A stretch of 64,000 nt of DNA, taken from assembly GCA_016179955.1 (NCBI GenBank), contig JACPCD010000007.1, positions 5,907 to 69,906 on the forward strand, in the 5' to 3' direction. How positions within the stretch are numbered: the first letter of the stretch is position 1; each line of letters begins with the position of its first letter. The DNA comes from Candidatus Woesearchaeota archaeon. Lineage in GTDB: Archaea; Nanobdellota; Nanobdellia; Woesearchaeales; GW2011-AR9. The position numbers were made by a program, and so were the translations under genes. Below the pieces are notes generated by a model, which searched no databases, was not told the origin of the DNA, and was given only the letters and a program-made list of their open reading frames with translations. Positions 39,028-49,568 of this stretch are shown in pieces.

Positions 39028-39774
39028 CTAATACACCTTAAACACTTTCCTCAGCCCCAAGCTAAAGACAATCGAGAGAATAATATACAGGCTTAACCAT
39101 CCCGGATGCCAGCCAAAGAATTCTACCTCGCCTAATGGGCGCATCTTGTTGTAATTTATCTTTATCTGTTCAATATCCGAATGCTGGTAGAGCGTAAACG
39201 GCTCTTCATACTTCAGCTCATTGGTAATAAACACCTTCTTGCTCTGGGAGATGCTGCCCAATTGCACCGTCAGGAAATGATCTCCGGCAGTGCTCTTCAG
39301 GTTCCAGGTAACAGTGCTGGCGACGGGCTGCTTTGCGGGTGAACTCAATTCCGTGCCTTCGTCAGCAATCAATTCTGCCTCTCCGGTAACCCCTTCCTTA
39401 AACAATGCGGTGATACTATAGGTCTCGCCGGGAAAGATAGGCTCATACGCCAGATGGGCATTCATCCAGCCGAACAGAAGAATGATCGGTAAAATAGTGA
39501 TAAAAGTAGCTTTAAGTGAATGTTTCATGTACTCAAAATTCTTCTTCATGGCTTCTTTTTGAATCTTCATCATCTCCTCTGGTTTATCCCGCAGTTCTTT
39601 CATTCGTTTCTGGGACTCTTTCTGCTCTTCTTTCAGTCGTTTCATCTCTGCTTGATTGGTGAAGAACTTATAGACCACGATGATGATCAATGAAATTATT
39701 AAGGAAAGGATGAAGATGGCCCAGAAGGGGCCTAAGGCAAGTACTGGATTTAATACCGGGTCTAAAAAAGCCAT
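39028..39774 (-). CDS. DUF106 / EMC3-TMCO1 (Oxa1 superfamily) membrane insertase
   Basis: TM, coiled coil, TM...GWLSLYI; location next to secY. Confidence 0.85.
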   Translation of the reverse strand: MAFLDPVLNPVLALGPFWAIFILSLIISLIIIVVYKFFTNQAEMKRLKEEQKESQKRMKELRDKPEEMMKIQKEAMKKNFEYMKHSLKATFITILPIILLFGWMNAHLAYEPIFPGETYSITALFKEGVTGEAELIADEGTELSSPAKQPVASTVTWNLKSTAGDHFLTVQLGSISQSKKVFITNELKYEEPFTLYQHSDIEQIKINYNKMRPLGEVEFFGWHPGWLSLYIILSIVFSLGLRKVFKVY

Positions 39775-39909
39775 AGCCGTATGTTTTAGGCGGGGGATTT
39801 AAAAACGTTGTGGAGGAAGAGGTGAAAATGCCCGAAAGACCTTCTTGATTATACCCTGCCCAAGATTTGGTCGCATAAGTTTTATAAATGATCCTGAAGA
39901 ACAAAAACC

Positions 39910-40245
39910 ATGGCCGCGATAACCTGGGATGATTTTGAAAAAGTAGAGTTAAGAGCCGGGACTATAATCCAAGTAGATGATTTTCCAAAAGCAAAGAAGC
40001 CAGCCTACAAATTGGTGATAAATTTTGGTGATTATGGCCTTAAAAAATCAAGTGCGCAAATTACCGCACTGTACAAAAAAGAGGAGTTATTGGGGAAGCA
40101 GGTTCTATGCGTCACCAATTTTTCGCCAAAACAGATTGGTAATTTTATTTCAGAAGTGCTTACCACCGGATTTATTTTAGATGATGGAAAGGTCGTTTTA
40201 GCGATCCCGGAAAGAAAAGTTAAGAATGGAACAAAGTTAGCTTAG
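39910..40245 (+). CDS. csaA: tRNA-binding/secretion chaperone CsaA
   Basis: DFEKVELRAG, KPAYKL, SSAQIT, NFSPKQI. Confidence 0.9.
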   Translation: MAAITWDDFEKVELRAGTIIQVDDFPKAKKPAYKLVINFGDYGLKKSSAQITALYKKEELLGKQVLCVTNFSPKQIGNFISEVLTTGFILDDGKVVLAIPERKVKNGTKLA

Positions 40246-40259
40246 GGCAGAGTTTACTT

Positions 40260-41648
40260 TTACTCCATAAACTTCCGCATCATCGGATGCATGTCCATCA
40301 TGTGCTGCTTGGCAATCTCTTCATACAGCTTGTACACGATCATCACCATCAATAAGATGCCCGTTCCCTGCGACAACGCACCGGTTAAGTCCGCCAGCGC
40401 TGCCAACAACCCCACGGCCGCCCCGCCAACGATGGTCAAGGGCCAGATGTACCGGCTTAATATCTTCTCCAAAACCCGCTCATCCCGGCGGAAACCGGAA
40501 ATCTGCAAACCTGATGACAAAATCTGCCGGGCCTGAGACGCGGCATCCATATTAGCAGTTTGCACCCAGAATACGCCGAACATGATCGAGCCGCCGACCA
40601 TCAACAAGGTATAAATAAGCGCCTGCCCCAGCTGGGAAAACGTAAAGCTGCCTTGGATGATATTCTGAACAATATCTGGGGAAGTGACCCAGTACACCAG
40701 GCCGCTGATAGGCGTATTGCCGGAAAACGTTCCCAAGAGGGGATAGCCCCAGCGCTCCAGCAACGTCGCAAAGAGCTGGATATTAGCCAGTAAGGCCGCC
40801 ACCAAAATTACCGGGATATTAGAGGTATAAAAAAAGTTAAGCGGCCAGCGGATGCCATAGCCCCGGACCCGGCCAAACGTTAACGGAATTTCCACTTTCA
40901 TTGCTTGACCATAGACCGAGACGGCAAAGACCACGATGGTCGAAATAACTGCCGCAATCTGCAAAGTCGCAGTGGTAATGTCCCCTGCCGTCAGCGACTG
41001 AAACAATGCCGGAATGGCCCCAGCGGCAATATCCGGATTAGTGGGAGACGGCAGGAAATTAAAGGCGCGGATGAATATCTGCTGTGCAACTCCCGCAGCG
41101 ATGAACAGGCTGATTCCCGAGCCGAATCCCCATTTGCTGATGACTTCGTCCATGAACATGATCAAGATGCCGCCCAATATCAGTTGGACAATCAGCACTA
41201 ATTCCAGCTGGCCAAAGAGCGGCGTTCCCGCTAAGGCCGGGGAAGGCGCTAATCCACCCATCAGCACGTACACGGCCGCTTCAAACAGGATGAAAAAGAG
41301 CGATGCAACTTTCTGCAGCCCCTGGAAACGTTTGCGCCCTTCAGCGGAAGTTAGATCCAGCTTTAAGATGCCCGTGCCCGCCAATAATTGCAGCACGATG
41401 GACGCGGTCACGATGGGCCCGATCCCCAACGAGACGATGCTTCCAAACGACGCTCCTAAGATGATAGACAAAAATTCAAACTGTTGCAGGGCGTTCTCTC
41501 CCAACCCAAACAGGGGAATCAACCCCAGCACAAAAAAAAGGATCAGAATGATAAGAGACCATTTCAGCTTTTCCTTGAAGGAAAGCCGTTTCTGCTTGGG
41601 CCCCTGTACTTCCGGAAGATGGGACGTTACGGTATCCAGGAATGACAT
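40260..41648 (-). CDS. secY: Protein translocase SecY
   Basis: LGIGPIVTASI, GSGISLFI, YTSNIP, GTGILL. Confidence 0.97.
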   Translation of the reverse strand: MSFLDTVTSHLPEVQGPKQKRLSFKEKLKWSLIILILFFVLGLIPLFGLGENALQQFEFLSIILGASFGSIVSLGIGPIVTASIVLQLLAGTGILKLDLTSAEGRKRFQGLQKVASLFFILFEAAVYVLMGGLAPSPALAGTPLFGQLELVLIVQLILGGILIMFMDEVISKWGFGSGISLFIAAGVAQQIFIRAFNFLPSPTNPDIAAGAIPALFQSLTAGDITTATLQIAAVISTIVVFAVSVYGQAMKVEIPLTFGRVRGYGIRWPLNFFYTSNIPVILVAALLANIQLFATLLERWGYPLLGTFSGNTPISGLVYWVTSPDIVQNIIQGSFTFSQLGQALIYTLLMVGGSIMFGVFWVQTANMDAASQARQILSSGLQISGFRRDERVLEKILSRYIWPLTIVGGAAVGLLAALADLTGALSQGTGILLMVMIVYKLYEEIAKQHMMDMHPMMRKFME

Positions 41649-41700
41649 GGTCGTCTCTTTTTTATTCTTGAACTTTTTGTAGTATTCTCCTCATGAGGTC

Positions 41701-42135
41701 TTATTGTTCCACGGAGGACACAATCGATCCACCAGCAGCTTTTATTTTTTCTTCGGCCTGCGCGCTGTGCCGGGGAACGATGACTTTCAACTTCAAATGG
41801 GTATTTCCAGTTCCCAGCAGTTTCCCGCAATGAATTTTGGTAAGGTCCACCACATAGGTATCGCCTTCTTTAGTTCCCCACTTTTGGACTTTTGGTAAGG
41901 TAAGATCACCCACATTAATGATCTTGTACTGCTCCGCCAGCGGATGGCGCACAAAGCCATGCCGGCCTAAATGAAAGTTCTTCAATCCGGCTTTCTTTTG
42001 TCCAGCGCGCTTTCCGGTTCCAGCATTTCCCCGGCCGCCCCGGGAACCGGCGCCCCGCCGTTTCTTCCGGCTGCCGCCGCCGTGGGTGACGCTGCCCCGG
42101 TACTTAGTCACTTTTTTCCGTCGGTGAACAACCAT
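41701..42135 (-). CDS. rpl15: 50S ribosomal protein L15
   Basis: THGGG..RGAGSRGGRGNAG. Confidence 0.95.
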   Translation of the reverse strand: MVVHRRKKVTKYRGSVTHGGGSRKKRRGAGSRGGRGNAGTGKRAGQKKAGLKNFHLGRHGFVRHPLAEQYKIINVGDLTLPKVQKWGTKEGDTYVVDLTKIHCGKLLGTGNTHLKLKVIVPRHSAQAEEKIKAAGGSIVSSVEQ

Positions 42136-42137
42136 AA

Positions 42138-42605
42138 TTAAATCATCCTCAGCAATAAATCATTAATTTTCTCCCCGCGATACCCTAAGGCCCCGCCGGC
42201 CGCAAAGGCAATCTTAATCCCTTTCCGCCCAAACCCTTTTCGCGGGGGATTCAACCGAAAATAGGATTTGAAATGCTTTTTCCCATAGGTCAGGTAAGGA
42301 TAGGAATATAATTTGGTGCGGTCCTGCAGCCGCCCGCCATAGGGCAATCCGCGCTTCTCCAGTAATTCCTTAAACACTTCCGCAGTAATCTCCCCCCAGG
42401 TCACAAAGTCTTTCACTTTGGCGATCATGCCCCGCAAGGCAGGAGTATCATTAACGATCACGCAATGGTTTTTGCGATGCAAGGTAAGTAGTGCCAATGT
42501 ATCTTTTATCTGCTGCGGCACTTTGGCTTCACCTCGGACTAAGATCACGGCGAACTTCCTATTTTCCATTGTCTTCATGTCCGCTCCCGAAGTTGCCTTT
42601 GCCAT
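42138..42605 (-). CDS. rpl30: 50S ribosomal protein L30
   Basis: KVKDFVTWGE, FRLNPPRKGF. Confidence 0.95.
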   Translation of the reverse strand: MAKATSGADMKTMENRKFAVILVRGEAKVPQQIKDTLALLTLHRKNHCVIVNDTPALRGMIAKVKDFVTWGEITAEVFKELLEKRGLPYGGRLQDRTKLYSYPYLTYGKKHFKSYFRLNPPRKGFGRKGIKIAFAAGGALGYRGEKINDLLLRMI

Positions 42606-43412
42606 CTATGCCTCCACCCCTGACACCGCAACGACGGGTTCTATTTTTTCCATGGTGCTTTTTTTCTCCAGTCGGCCATCAACGATCCCCAGCCGCGGAA
42701 TGTCTGCCGAAGCGATCTTCATCGTGGATAATTTTCGGAGCGCATCTAACAGCGCATGAATCAGGTTCACTTTGGTCTTGGTCTGGCCGCTGGTCTTGCT
42801 CCAAACGTCTTTAATGCCGGCCATGGCCAATATTTTAGCGCACTCTTTCTCGACGCATAACCCTTTTCCTTTCGGCGCCGGCATCAGCTGGATACGGGAC
42901 GAACCGCATCGTCCTTCCACCGCAAAGGGAATGGAATGGGCCATCTTGCAGTTGCACTGCCAGCTGCCGCAGCCCCGCCGAACGCGGATGACTTCCGTGC
43001 GGGCTTTGATCTTGGCTTTATCACGAGCCGGCACCGTTTCCTTGCTCTTGCCTAAGCCAATGCCTACATAACCATCTTTATTTCCCACTAAGGCGCAGGT
43101 GGTGAATTGAATTTTATTTCCTTCCTTGGTCTTTTTCTGGGTCTGGCGAAAGATCCGCCGCTGTCCGCCGCCAAACTTTCCTTTGGCCTGGCCAATCAAA
43201 AGTAAGTCCTCTTCCAGATTGGGGAGAAGCGTATCGGTTATTTGTGCTTCCATGATGTGCAACCCCTGGGCGAAGATCTGATCGATATCCGTAATGAGTC
43301 CTTGCTGTACCTTTTTTCCCAGCTCGGTTTTTGGTTTCCAGACTCGCTCGACTCTGGGGATCTCTTCAATGGGAACGCTTACAACTTCTGCCGGTATTGG
43401 ATCGTCTGCCAT
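42606..43412 (-). CDS. rps5: 30S ribosomal protein S5
   Basis: WKPKTELG, GNKDGYVGIG, PAPKG. Confidence 0.95.
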   Translation of the reverse strand: MADDPIPAEVVSVPIEEIPRVERVWKPKTELGKKVQQGLITDIDQIFAQGLHIMEAQITDTLLPNLEEDLLLIGQAKGKFGGGQRRIFRQTQKKTKEGNKIQFTTCALVGNKDGYVGIGLGKSKETVPARDKAKIKARTEVIRVRRGCGSWQCNCKMAHSIPFAVEGRCGSSRIQLMPAPKGKGLCVEKECAKILAMAGIKDVWSKTSGQTKTKVNLIHALLDALRKLSTMKIASADIPRLGIVDGRLEKKSTMEKIEPVVAVSGVEA

Positions 43413-43434
43413 GGTTTATTTCACAATATCATTA

Positions 43435-44022
43435 TTATTTTAATTTCCCCGTCTGATTGATTTTCTCTTTCACCTTATCAAATGTAACCCCTATCGCTGC
43501 CGGATCGACTTTTGCCGCCAGATACGCGCGGAACTGTGAACCGGATGATTTACCCGCCTGCTGCGCATACGTTGTGATGTGCTCTCCCCGGATTCTCTCT
43601 GGTGCCGGAAAAATATCCACTTCACCGTGAGGCACATCTAAGTTGCCATCGAGCAGCCCCTTCAGGAAGGCATACGCTTTCCCCTTTTTTAAACTTACTT
43701 TAAAACCGGTATCTAAGATTGCTTTGGGACAGCCCACGCCGAGAGCTTTCCGCGCCAACAGTAACCCCGTTAGATAGGCCGCCGGAACATTCTTGCCGGA
43801 GTAGGGCCAGCCAAGCGCTTTCAAGCTGCCGGAATCAACCGCCGCAATGACCTTATCCCCGACACTGTTGAATTCAATGATTTGGGCAATGATCTTTTGG
43901 TTGGTAAACCGAACCACCACTCGGGGAACGCCAGAGGTAAGCATCTTGATCCGTTTAGGATAGTGCGTCTTCTGCATTCTTTTCCGCCGGAACGGTACAG
44001 GTTTCAATCGCAGGCGTGCCAT
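43435..44022 (-). CDS. rpl18: 50S ribosomal protein L18
   Basis: FRRKR..KT, AAYLTG, VPH. Confidence 0.93.
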   Translation of the reverse strand: MARLRLKPVPFRRKRMQKTHYPKRIKMLTSGVPRVVVRFTNQKIIAQIIEFNSVGDKVIAAVDSGSLKALGWPYSGKNVPAAYLTGLLLARKALGVGCPKAILDTGFKVSLKKGKAYAFLKGLLDGNLDVPHGEVDIFPAPERIRGEHITTYAQQAGKSSGSQFRAYLAAKVDPAAIGVTFDKVKEKINQTGKLK

Positions 44023-44024
44023 GA

Positions 44025-44486
44025 TTATTTCTTTTCCCCTCCGCGTTGTTGAACGAGATGGTGCTCCGTCAAGTATAACTTAATGTGCCGGATATTCCGG
44101 AAATAGCCCCCTTTGCTTTTGGCATAGAGCTGATGGTAATCCGCCATGGACAATAATTGCCGCTCCCGTAGCCGTTGGAGAAACTCTCGTTGCGCGCGGA
44201 TGCGTAATATCCACTGCCGTTTCCGGCCCAATAAGGAATATTTCGGCCCTTTGGCGCTGCCCCGGCCAACCCGGCGGCCTTTCCGCTTCTGCGCACTCCG
44301 TTCCCGTGCTCTTCCCCGGGATTGCTGGTTCGTCCCATCTTTCCATATCTTATGCACGGCAATCAGGCCACGGATATCAGAGCGGGTGATGGCTTTACGA
44401 ATATCCTCCAACGCCTCATCGGCGAACCGAATCTTAGACGGCGCCGTGTTCAGTATCTCCGCTGCTAATCGTTTTTTGGATTTCAT
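44025..44486 (-). CDS. rpl19e: 50S ribosomal protein L19e
   Basis: KRLAAEIL, AITRSDIR, KGGYF. Confidence 0.95.
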   Translation of the reverse strand: MKSKKRLAAEILNTAPSKIRFADEALEDIRKAITRSDIRGLIAVHKIWKDGTNQQSRGRARERSAQKRKGRRVGRGSAKGPKYSLLGRKRQWILRIRAQREFLQRLRERQLLSMADYHQLYAKSKGGYFRNIRHIKLYLTEHHLVQQRGGEKK

Positions 44487-44505
44487 GGTCGTGGGGTAAT
44501 CATCT

Positions 44506-45117
44506 TTATTGTCGTTTAGTGATGGTCTTGTCAATCATTTCTTTTTGCTCTTCGCGTTTCTGCTCTTCCTCGCTCTTGCCTTCTGCAGCTTTTTCCTCCG
44601 TTTTCTTTTCCTGCTGCTCCTTTTTCTTTTTTTCCTCGGCTTTCTTTTTCTTCTCTTCGTCCTTCTGCTGCTTCTGAGCAAGGGATTCCCGGCGCTCTTT
44701 CCGCCGCTGCTCATACACTTCGGTCAAGCGAGCCCGTTCTTTACCGGCATCTTTGACGTTCAGCACCCGGATCTTCTTTTCCAAAGCAAAGGCCAACAGC
44801 GTCAAACGCTTTTTAGCACCCACCGCGGAAGCGATAACTGCTCCCTGGGTACGGGAATCTATTTTCTGTAATTCAGCGAGTGTATGCACCACAACCTTAG
44901 CCAGTCCAGAGGAATGCAATCCCCGCACTGCCCGGGGGGAACCATACCCTGGCGTGGGAAGAACTCCTTTTCCCTGATGATACTGCCGCACCGGGGAATG
45001 CCGCCCGCCGGGAAACCGCCATTTCTTTTTAATCCGCGGATAATATCCGGCTTCCTTGATGACAAATCGGGGCTGACGTTTCTTGGTGCGGTTCCGCAGC
45101 TCGAGTAAGGATGCCAT
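44506..45117 (-). CDS. rpl32e: 50S ribosomal protein L32e with charged tail
   Basis: KWRFPGG.HS, GYGSP..RGLHSSG. Confidence 0.92.
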   Translation of the reverse strand: MASLLELRNRTKKRQPRFVIKEAGYYPRIKKKWRFPGGRHSPVRQYHQGKGVLPTPGYGSPRAVRGLHSSGLAKVVVHTLAELQKIDSRTQGAVIASAVGAKKRLTLLAFALEKKIRVLNVKDAGKERARLTEVYEQRRKERRESLAQKQQKDEEKKKKAEEKKKKEQQEKKTEEKAAEGKSEEEQKREEQKEMIDKTITKRQ

Positions 45118-45119
45118 GG

Positions 45120-45662
45120 TCAAATGTCTTTTCCTGCTTTATGGATAATGTAACAGCCGTCCTGGAATATCCGCCGGTCGCGCTGGGTGATGCGGCACAA
45201 ACTTTCAATTCTCGCCGCCATCTGTCCCGCAATATCCTTATCGGGACTGGTAACGGTGATTTCCTTTTCCTTCACTTCCACTGTTGATCCCGGTAAGATG
45301 CCCACTTTCCGGGGAACGCTTTCTCCCAGGAAATTCTTGATTACGAACTCCGCGCCAGCGACGGCCACGCTCATGGGGAAGTGGCCGGAACAAATTTTCA
45401 GCTTGTAAAGATGCGGTTCCTGCACCCCTTTGACGCTGTTCAGGATATGGGACTCAAACGAGCCCACGATCGTTTTTTCTTTCTTCGTTCCCCGGGACGC
45501 CGTAAGCACCACCTTAGTTCCTTCCACCGCCACCGTTACCTTGGGATGCGTAAAGTCTTGCATCACTTCTCCCCGTGGGCCTTTGATGGTAAGCACGCTG
45601 CCGTGCAACGTAGCCGTAACGCCTTGGTCCAATGCAATTTCCCGGCGAATGGTATTTTTCAT
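45120..45662 (-). CDS. rpl6: 50S ribosomal protein L6
   Basis: GPRG, HFPM, NFLGE, DRRIFQDG. Confidence 0.95.
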   Translation of the reverse strand: MKNTIRREIALDQGVTATLHGSVLTIKGPRGEVMQDFTHPKVTVAVEGTKVVLTASRGTKKEKTIVGSFESHILNSVKGVQEPHLYKLKICSGHFPMSVAVAGAEFVIKNFLGESVPRKVGILPGSTVEVKEKEITVTSPDKDIAGQMAARIESLCRITQRDRRIFQDGCYIIHKAGKDI

Positions 45663-45728
45663 TTTTATTTTTTAATGTTGAGTATTTTATGTTGAGTGGT
45701 GTTGTTTTGTGATTATAATGCACGCACG

Positions 45729-46118
45729 TCAATAACAGTACGCCAACAGCCGCCCCCCAATGGCGTGTTGTTTCGCTTGTGTATGCGTCATGATGCCTCG
45801 TGAGGTGGAAACGATCAGGATGCCAAAGTCTTTGGCCGGCAGATGCCGTTTTTCCCACTTCTCAAATTCGTTCCACTTGGTTGAAAATCGGGGCTTGATG
45901 ACCCCGCAGTTGTTGATGTTTCCCAAGAGGTTAATTTTAAGCGAGCCGCCGCGCTCGTCCACACTCTCTTCAAATGAGCCCAGGTAATTATGCTCATTCA
46001 TAATCCGCAGGACGGTTTTAATCATAGTCGATGCTGGTTTTACAAGTACCTCACGCTTGCCGACACGTTCTGCATTCAGCACATTCGACAACGTTGCTGC
46101 CAAGGGGTCATGTAACAT
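45729..46118 (-). CDS. rps8: 30S ribosomal protein S8
   Basis: INNCGVIKPR, LPAKDFG, GGRLLAY. Confidence 0.96.
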   Translation of the reverse strand: MLHDPLAATLSNVLNAERVGKREVLVKPASTMIKTVLRIMNEHNYLGSFEESVDERGGSLKINLLGNINNCGVIKPRFSTKWNEFEKWEKRHLPAKDFGILIVSTSRGIMTHTQAKQHAIGGRLLAYCY

Positions 46119-46131
46119 GTTGATATCCTCA

Positions 46132-46362
46132 TTAACTAAATTTTTTGAATCCTAAGCCCACTGCCATCTCGCGGAAACATTGCCGGCACAGGTGCAGGCC
46201 ATACTTGTTGATGTGGCCTCTAATCCTTCCGCAGTTGCGGCACCGCCGCAGGGATGTGCCGCAGGATCGTTCCTTGGGACTATTGAACTTGACGAACTTT
46301 GCTCTCTTGATAGGCTTATGGTCCAGCTGTTTGAACACTTTCTTATAATCGCTATAGGACAT
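46132..46362 (-). CDS. rps14: 30S ribosomal protein S14 (Zn type, N-terminally extended)
   Basis: CRNCG...[12 protein letters not shown]. Confidence 0.93.
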   Translation of the reverse strand: MSYSDYKKVFKQLDHKPIKRAKFVKFNSPKERSCGTSLRRCRNCGRIRGHINKYGLHLCRQCFREMAVGLGFKKFS

Positions 46363-46364
46363 AG

Positions 46365-46871
46365 TTAATGGACCTCCACGCCCAGGCTTCGCGCAAAGGC
46401 CATGGACTCTTCTTTGGTGATGCGGTGCGCCTTGCCAATGGGAGACGGCCGAACCTTGCGCCGCGATACCCGAAATCCTGGCCGGCCCAGTGTCACCGCT
46501 ACTTCTAACCCTAATATTTTCAACTCTGGATCATAACTTAACCCGGCAATGTCAATGTATTCCGGAATGCCAAAGGAAAAATTTCCCGACTGGTCAAAAT
46601 TCTTTTCCTCCAATACATTTCCTTTTGCTGCTAGCAGGCGCTTCAGCAGCGCATCGCAATCATCCCGGATCGTCACTTTACAGCCGATAGCTAATCCCGG
46701 CCGCAATCCCCAACCCGGAATCCTCTTTCGAGTAGTAGTCTTTACCGGCGCCGTGGGAGATAATTTCTGCAGCAGCTGCAGCCCTTTCTTTAACATATCC
46801 TCATTCTTCCCGGCACCGATATTTAAGGTAATCTTATCGATCCGGATGATTTTCATAATAGTGGTAGTCAT
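46365..46871 (-). CDS. rpl5: 50S ribosomal protein L5
   Basis: KITLNIG, IGCKVT, GNFSFGI.EYID. Confidence 0.95.
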   Translation of the reverse strand: MTTTIMKIIRIDKITLNIGAGKNEDMLKKGLQLLQKLSPTAPVKTTTRKRIPGWGLRPGLAIGCKVTIRDDCDALLKRLLAAKGNVLEEKNFDQSGNFSFGIPEYIDIAGLSYDPELKILGLEVAVTLGRPGFRVSRRKVRPSPIGKAHRITKEESMAFARSLGVEVH

Positions 46872-46876
46872 GGTAG

Positions 46877-47569
46877 TTATGGTGTTGTTCGCAAAGCAAT
46901 CACTGGTTTTCCGTGCCCCAGGACAAACAAGTACTTTTTCAACGTATCGACATCTCCGCCGTCCGCAGCATAGGTCACTTCTCCCCCTTTTATGCTTTTG
47001 AGCACGCCGACGTCACCGGCCCGTCGTCCTCGGGTTACAAAGACCGTCGCTCCCGGCTTTAATGGTAGGATTTCTTTGGCCTGTAGCGAAGGTAAATCTA
47101 GCAGCACCGTATCCCCAACTCGGGCAGCGCCATCAAGGAACACGTTCTTGCCGTCATGGAGATTATATTGTATCTTTCCGCCCCGCATGACTGATTTGCC
47201 GACAACTTGGCAGGGTTTAAGAGAACTTTCCGTAGCAGTAATCTCCTGCAGCAGCAAACGTCCCTTCTGATCCAGCAGGAAACGATAATTTTTCTTCAGC
47301 GGCGTTATGCTGAGCACGTCAAACAGCCCGACAATGTGCCGGTGGTCAGTCCGGCGCACGCCGTCAACTAAAATTTCGCTGCCGTGGATAAGCTTCTTGG
47401 CTTCCGCAAGAGTTTTGGTAAGGTGCAGCACATCGCGGATGACGACACCGAGCGGCATACCCATGTCTAATGAATGGGCACCCGGATTAGGACGGAGCAC
47501 AAAGGTTGTTCCTTTCCGGCTGAAGTTCCATTGTTTAGGCGCCGTGAGCCGTTTTAAGTGATTTTTCAT
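46877..47569 (-). CDS. rps4e: 30S ribosomal protein S4e
   Basis: HLKRLTAP, PGAH, GLFDV, NLHDG. Confidence 0.95.
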   Translation of the reverse strand: MKNHLKRLTAPKQWNFSRKGTTFVLRPNPGAHSLDMGMPLGVVIRDVLHLTKTLAEAKKLIHGSEILVDGVRRTDHRHIVGLFDVLSITPLKKNYRFLLDQKGRLLLQEITATESSLKPCQVVGKSVMRGGKIQYNLHDGKNVFLDGAARVGDTVLLDLPSLQAKEILPLKPGATVFVTRGRRAGDVGVLKSIKGGEVTYAADGGDVDTLKKYLFVLGHGKPVIALRTTP

Positions 47570-48102
47570 TTTTTACCCTCGCGAGGAGGCATAGGTGGTG
47601 ATTTGGAGTATGATTTTGATGGAGCAGAGGAAACGTCGCTCTTCGCTGCAGTATTCTCCACACTTACTGGTTTTGCATTCTGGGTTTGAGGCGTGCCTGA
47701 ACGTTGAGTTGGATTTTTTGATTTCGATTCAACCTTTTGTTTCCGTCGGCGATCGTTGAGATCAAGCTCCACCAACAATAAAGTGGATGGATGCAGCGGA
47801 ACCGGCACTTTGGAACCATCTTTCTTGACGATTTCCGCGCCAGCAACCCTGACCGTTTCCCGTTTCAGATTGACCGATTCCACGCGTCCCTCTTTCCTTG
47901 CAAACCGGCCTCGGCAAATTTTCACTTTATCACCGACGCGCAGTTGCAGGTTACGGAACCCATATTTCTTCCGCAAGACGGCCGAGAGATGGACATGCAT
48001 CTGCTTCTGGCGCTGATGCAGCGGCGCAGTATACCTAAATTTGCGCTGCTTTCGCGGTTGAATGCTCCGTTTCCAGCTCAGGGTATAGGTTGAATCTTTC
48101 AT
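47566..48102 (-). CDS. rpl24: 50S ribosomal protein L24
   Basis: QPRKQRK..APLH, GDKVKI.RG. Confidence 0.93.
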   Translation of the reverse strand: MKDSTYTLSWKRSIQPRKQRKFRYTAPLHQRQKQMHVHLSAVLRKKYGFRNLQLRVGDKVKICRGRFARKEGRVESVNLKRETVRVAGAEIVKKDGSKVPVPLHPSTLLLVELDLNDRRRKQKVESKSKNPTQRSGTPQTQNAKPVSVENTAAKSDVSSAPSKSYSKSPPMPPREGKK

Positions 48103-48127
48103 AGGTAACATCACATAGTTAGTAACA

Positions 48128-48529
48128 TCATAACACCATGCTAGCCACTTTTGCCACCGCGGGCCAGCGCTCACTTATTTCCTTGGCAATGGGACCCTTG
48201 AAGATAGTTCCCTTTGGGTTCCCTTTGTCATCTTTCAATACTACTGCTGCATTATCCTCAAACTGCACTCTGGTTCCGTCGGGACGACGGAATTCCTTGG
48301 CCTGTCGCACGATGACTGCCGGTACCACTGTTTTCCTCATCTCCAATTTCCCTACTTTGACCGAGGCCATGACTAAATCACCCAGGCCGGCGGAAGGTAC
48401 TCGCCCACGAACCGTCTTATGACCCTTGACGGCCACGATCTTCAGGATCTTGGCGCCGGAATTATCACAGGCGACGACACGTGCCTGGATCGGCAGACTG
48501 CGGGTAATTTTGCTTTTGAGCGCTTTCAT
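48128..48529 (-). CDS. rpl14: 50S ribosomal protein L14
   Basis: DNSGAK, FEDNAAV, KGPIAKE. Confidence 0.97.
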   Translation of the reverse strand: MKALKSKITRSLPIQARVVACDNSGAKILKIVAVKGHKTVRGRVPSAGLGDLVMASVKVGKLEMRKTVVPAVIVRQAKEFRRPDGTRVQFEDNAAVVLKDDKGNPKGTIFKGPIAKEISERWPAVAKVASMVL

Positions 48530-48846
48530 GGGAGCACCTGGATGATTACGTGGTTCTTGGTTTTACTCAAGGGCCTGGTTCGCGCCACCATTACCTGAGC
48601 ACCGACGGCAGCATTCAGGCACGCCGGATTATGGACGCGCATGCGCACCCGCCGGACTTCATGCCGCTCGTATTTTGGAAGGTAATGCAGCCGATGCAGT
48701 TCGATCGTAGCGGAGTGATTGATGTCTTTCTTGATGACCTTCCCCTGGACCGTTTCTTTCTTTACCGTAAGGTCTCCGTGAAAAGGACATTTGACGTCCG
48801 TACATTCTTTTGCGGGTGCTGAAACACCCAATATGGTTTGTGGCAT
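48526..48846 (-). CDS. rps17: 30S ribosomal protein S17
   Basis: CPFHG, KYER, RPLSKTK. Confidence 0.95.
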   Translation of the reverse strand: MPQTILGVSAPAKECTDVKCPFHGDLTVKKETVQGKVIKKDINHSATIELHRLHYLPKYERHEVRRVRMRVHNPACLNAAVGAQVMVARTRPLSKTKNHVIIQVLP

Positions 48847-48980
48847 GGTAATCTTTTGTTTTGGTATCGTTTTTTATCGTTTATTTTTATGTTCTTTGGT
48901 TTTTATGTTTGATTTTTTGTTTTCTTTGCCGTTTTTTGTTGTGAGTGATTATTGATTCCTTCTTTGCTTCTTGCTTACGT

Positions 48981-49250
48981 TCAGTTTCCTTTAAGCCGCT
49001 CGTGCGGCGCCCGGATCAGCTCTTTGCCGTTCAGGATCCGCCCGGATGTTGACAGCCGGAAGGTAATGGCATTCTTCAGCAGCACCGTGGACTTTCCGTC
49101 GTGCTCGATGACCAGCGTACTTTTGGTCTCATCGACGATTGTGCCCCGCAACCCCTGCAGTTGTTTGTTGGTGGACTGGATAACCTTGATGGACTCTCCA
49201 ATCAGCTCCCGGGGATACATGCGTGCCATGTTTTCACCGCCATGTGCCAT
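48981..49250 (-). CDS. rnp1: RNase P protein component 1 (Rpp29)
   Basis: ELIG, GTIVDETK, P.ERLK; operon position. Confidence 0.9.
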   Translation of the reverse strand: MAHGGENMARMYPRELIGESIKVIQSTNKQLQGLRGTIVDETKSTLVIEHDGKSTVLLKNAITFRLSTSGRILNGKELIRAPHERLKGN

Positions 49251-49258
49251 GGCGATAA

Positions 49259-49564
49259 TTATTGGACCTCAATGGTCTCATCCGGGAAACCCAGCTCCAG
49301 CAAGATGCTTTTCGCCCGGGCTTTATGGTCCCCCTGCAATTCCAGCTGGTCGTTCTTGGCCGTTCCGCCGCAGGCCAGCTTGGTTTTGAGCATCCGTAAT
49401 ATGTCGTCGATGTTAGCTTCTTTGTTGATGCCGATGATGATGGTATATTTTTTTCCGAATTTTCGCTTCTCCACCAGCACCGTTATCTTTTGCTGCTCGC
49501 GGGCGATGGTTTCGCAGACGCACAGGTCTTGGGGTAATCCGCACTGATTGCATACTCCGACCAT
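49259..49564 (-). CDS. Translation initiation factor SUI1/aIF-1
   Basis: CGLPQDLCVCE, LACGGT, ELQGDH. Confidence 0.93.
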   Translation of the reverse strand: MVGVCNQCGLPQDLCVCETIAREQQKITVLVEKRKFGKKYTIIIGINKEANIDDILRMLKTKLACGGTAKNDQLELQGDHKARAKSILLELGFPDETIEVQ

Positions 49565-49568
49565 GGCG

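Noticed and set aside
48847-48980. T-rich low-complexity spacer (similar tracts at 36540-36590 and 34893-34960)
   Set aside because: No periodic unit or ORF; ordinary A/T-rich intergenic or terminator-like sequence
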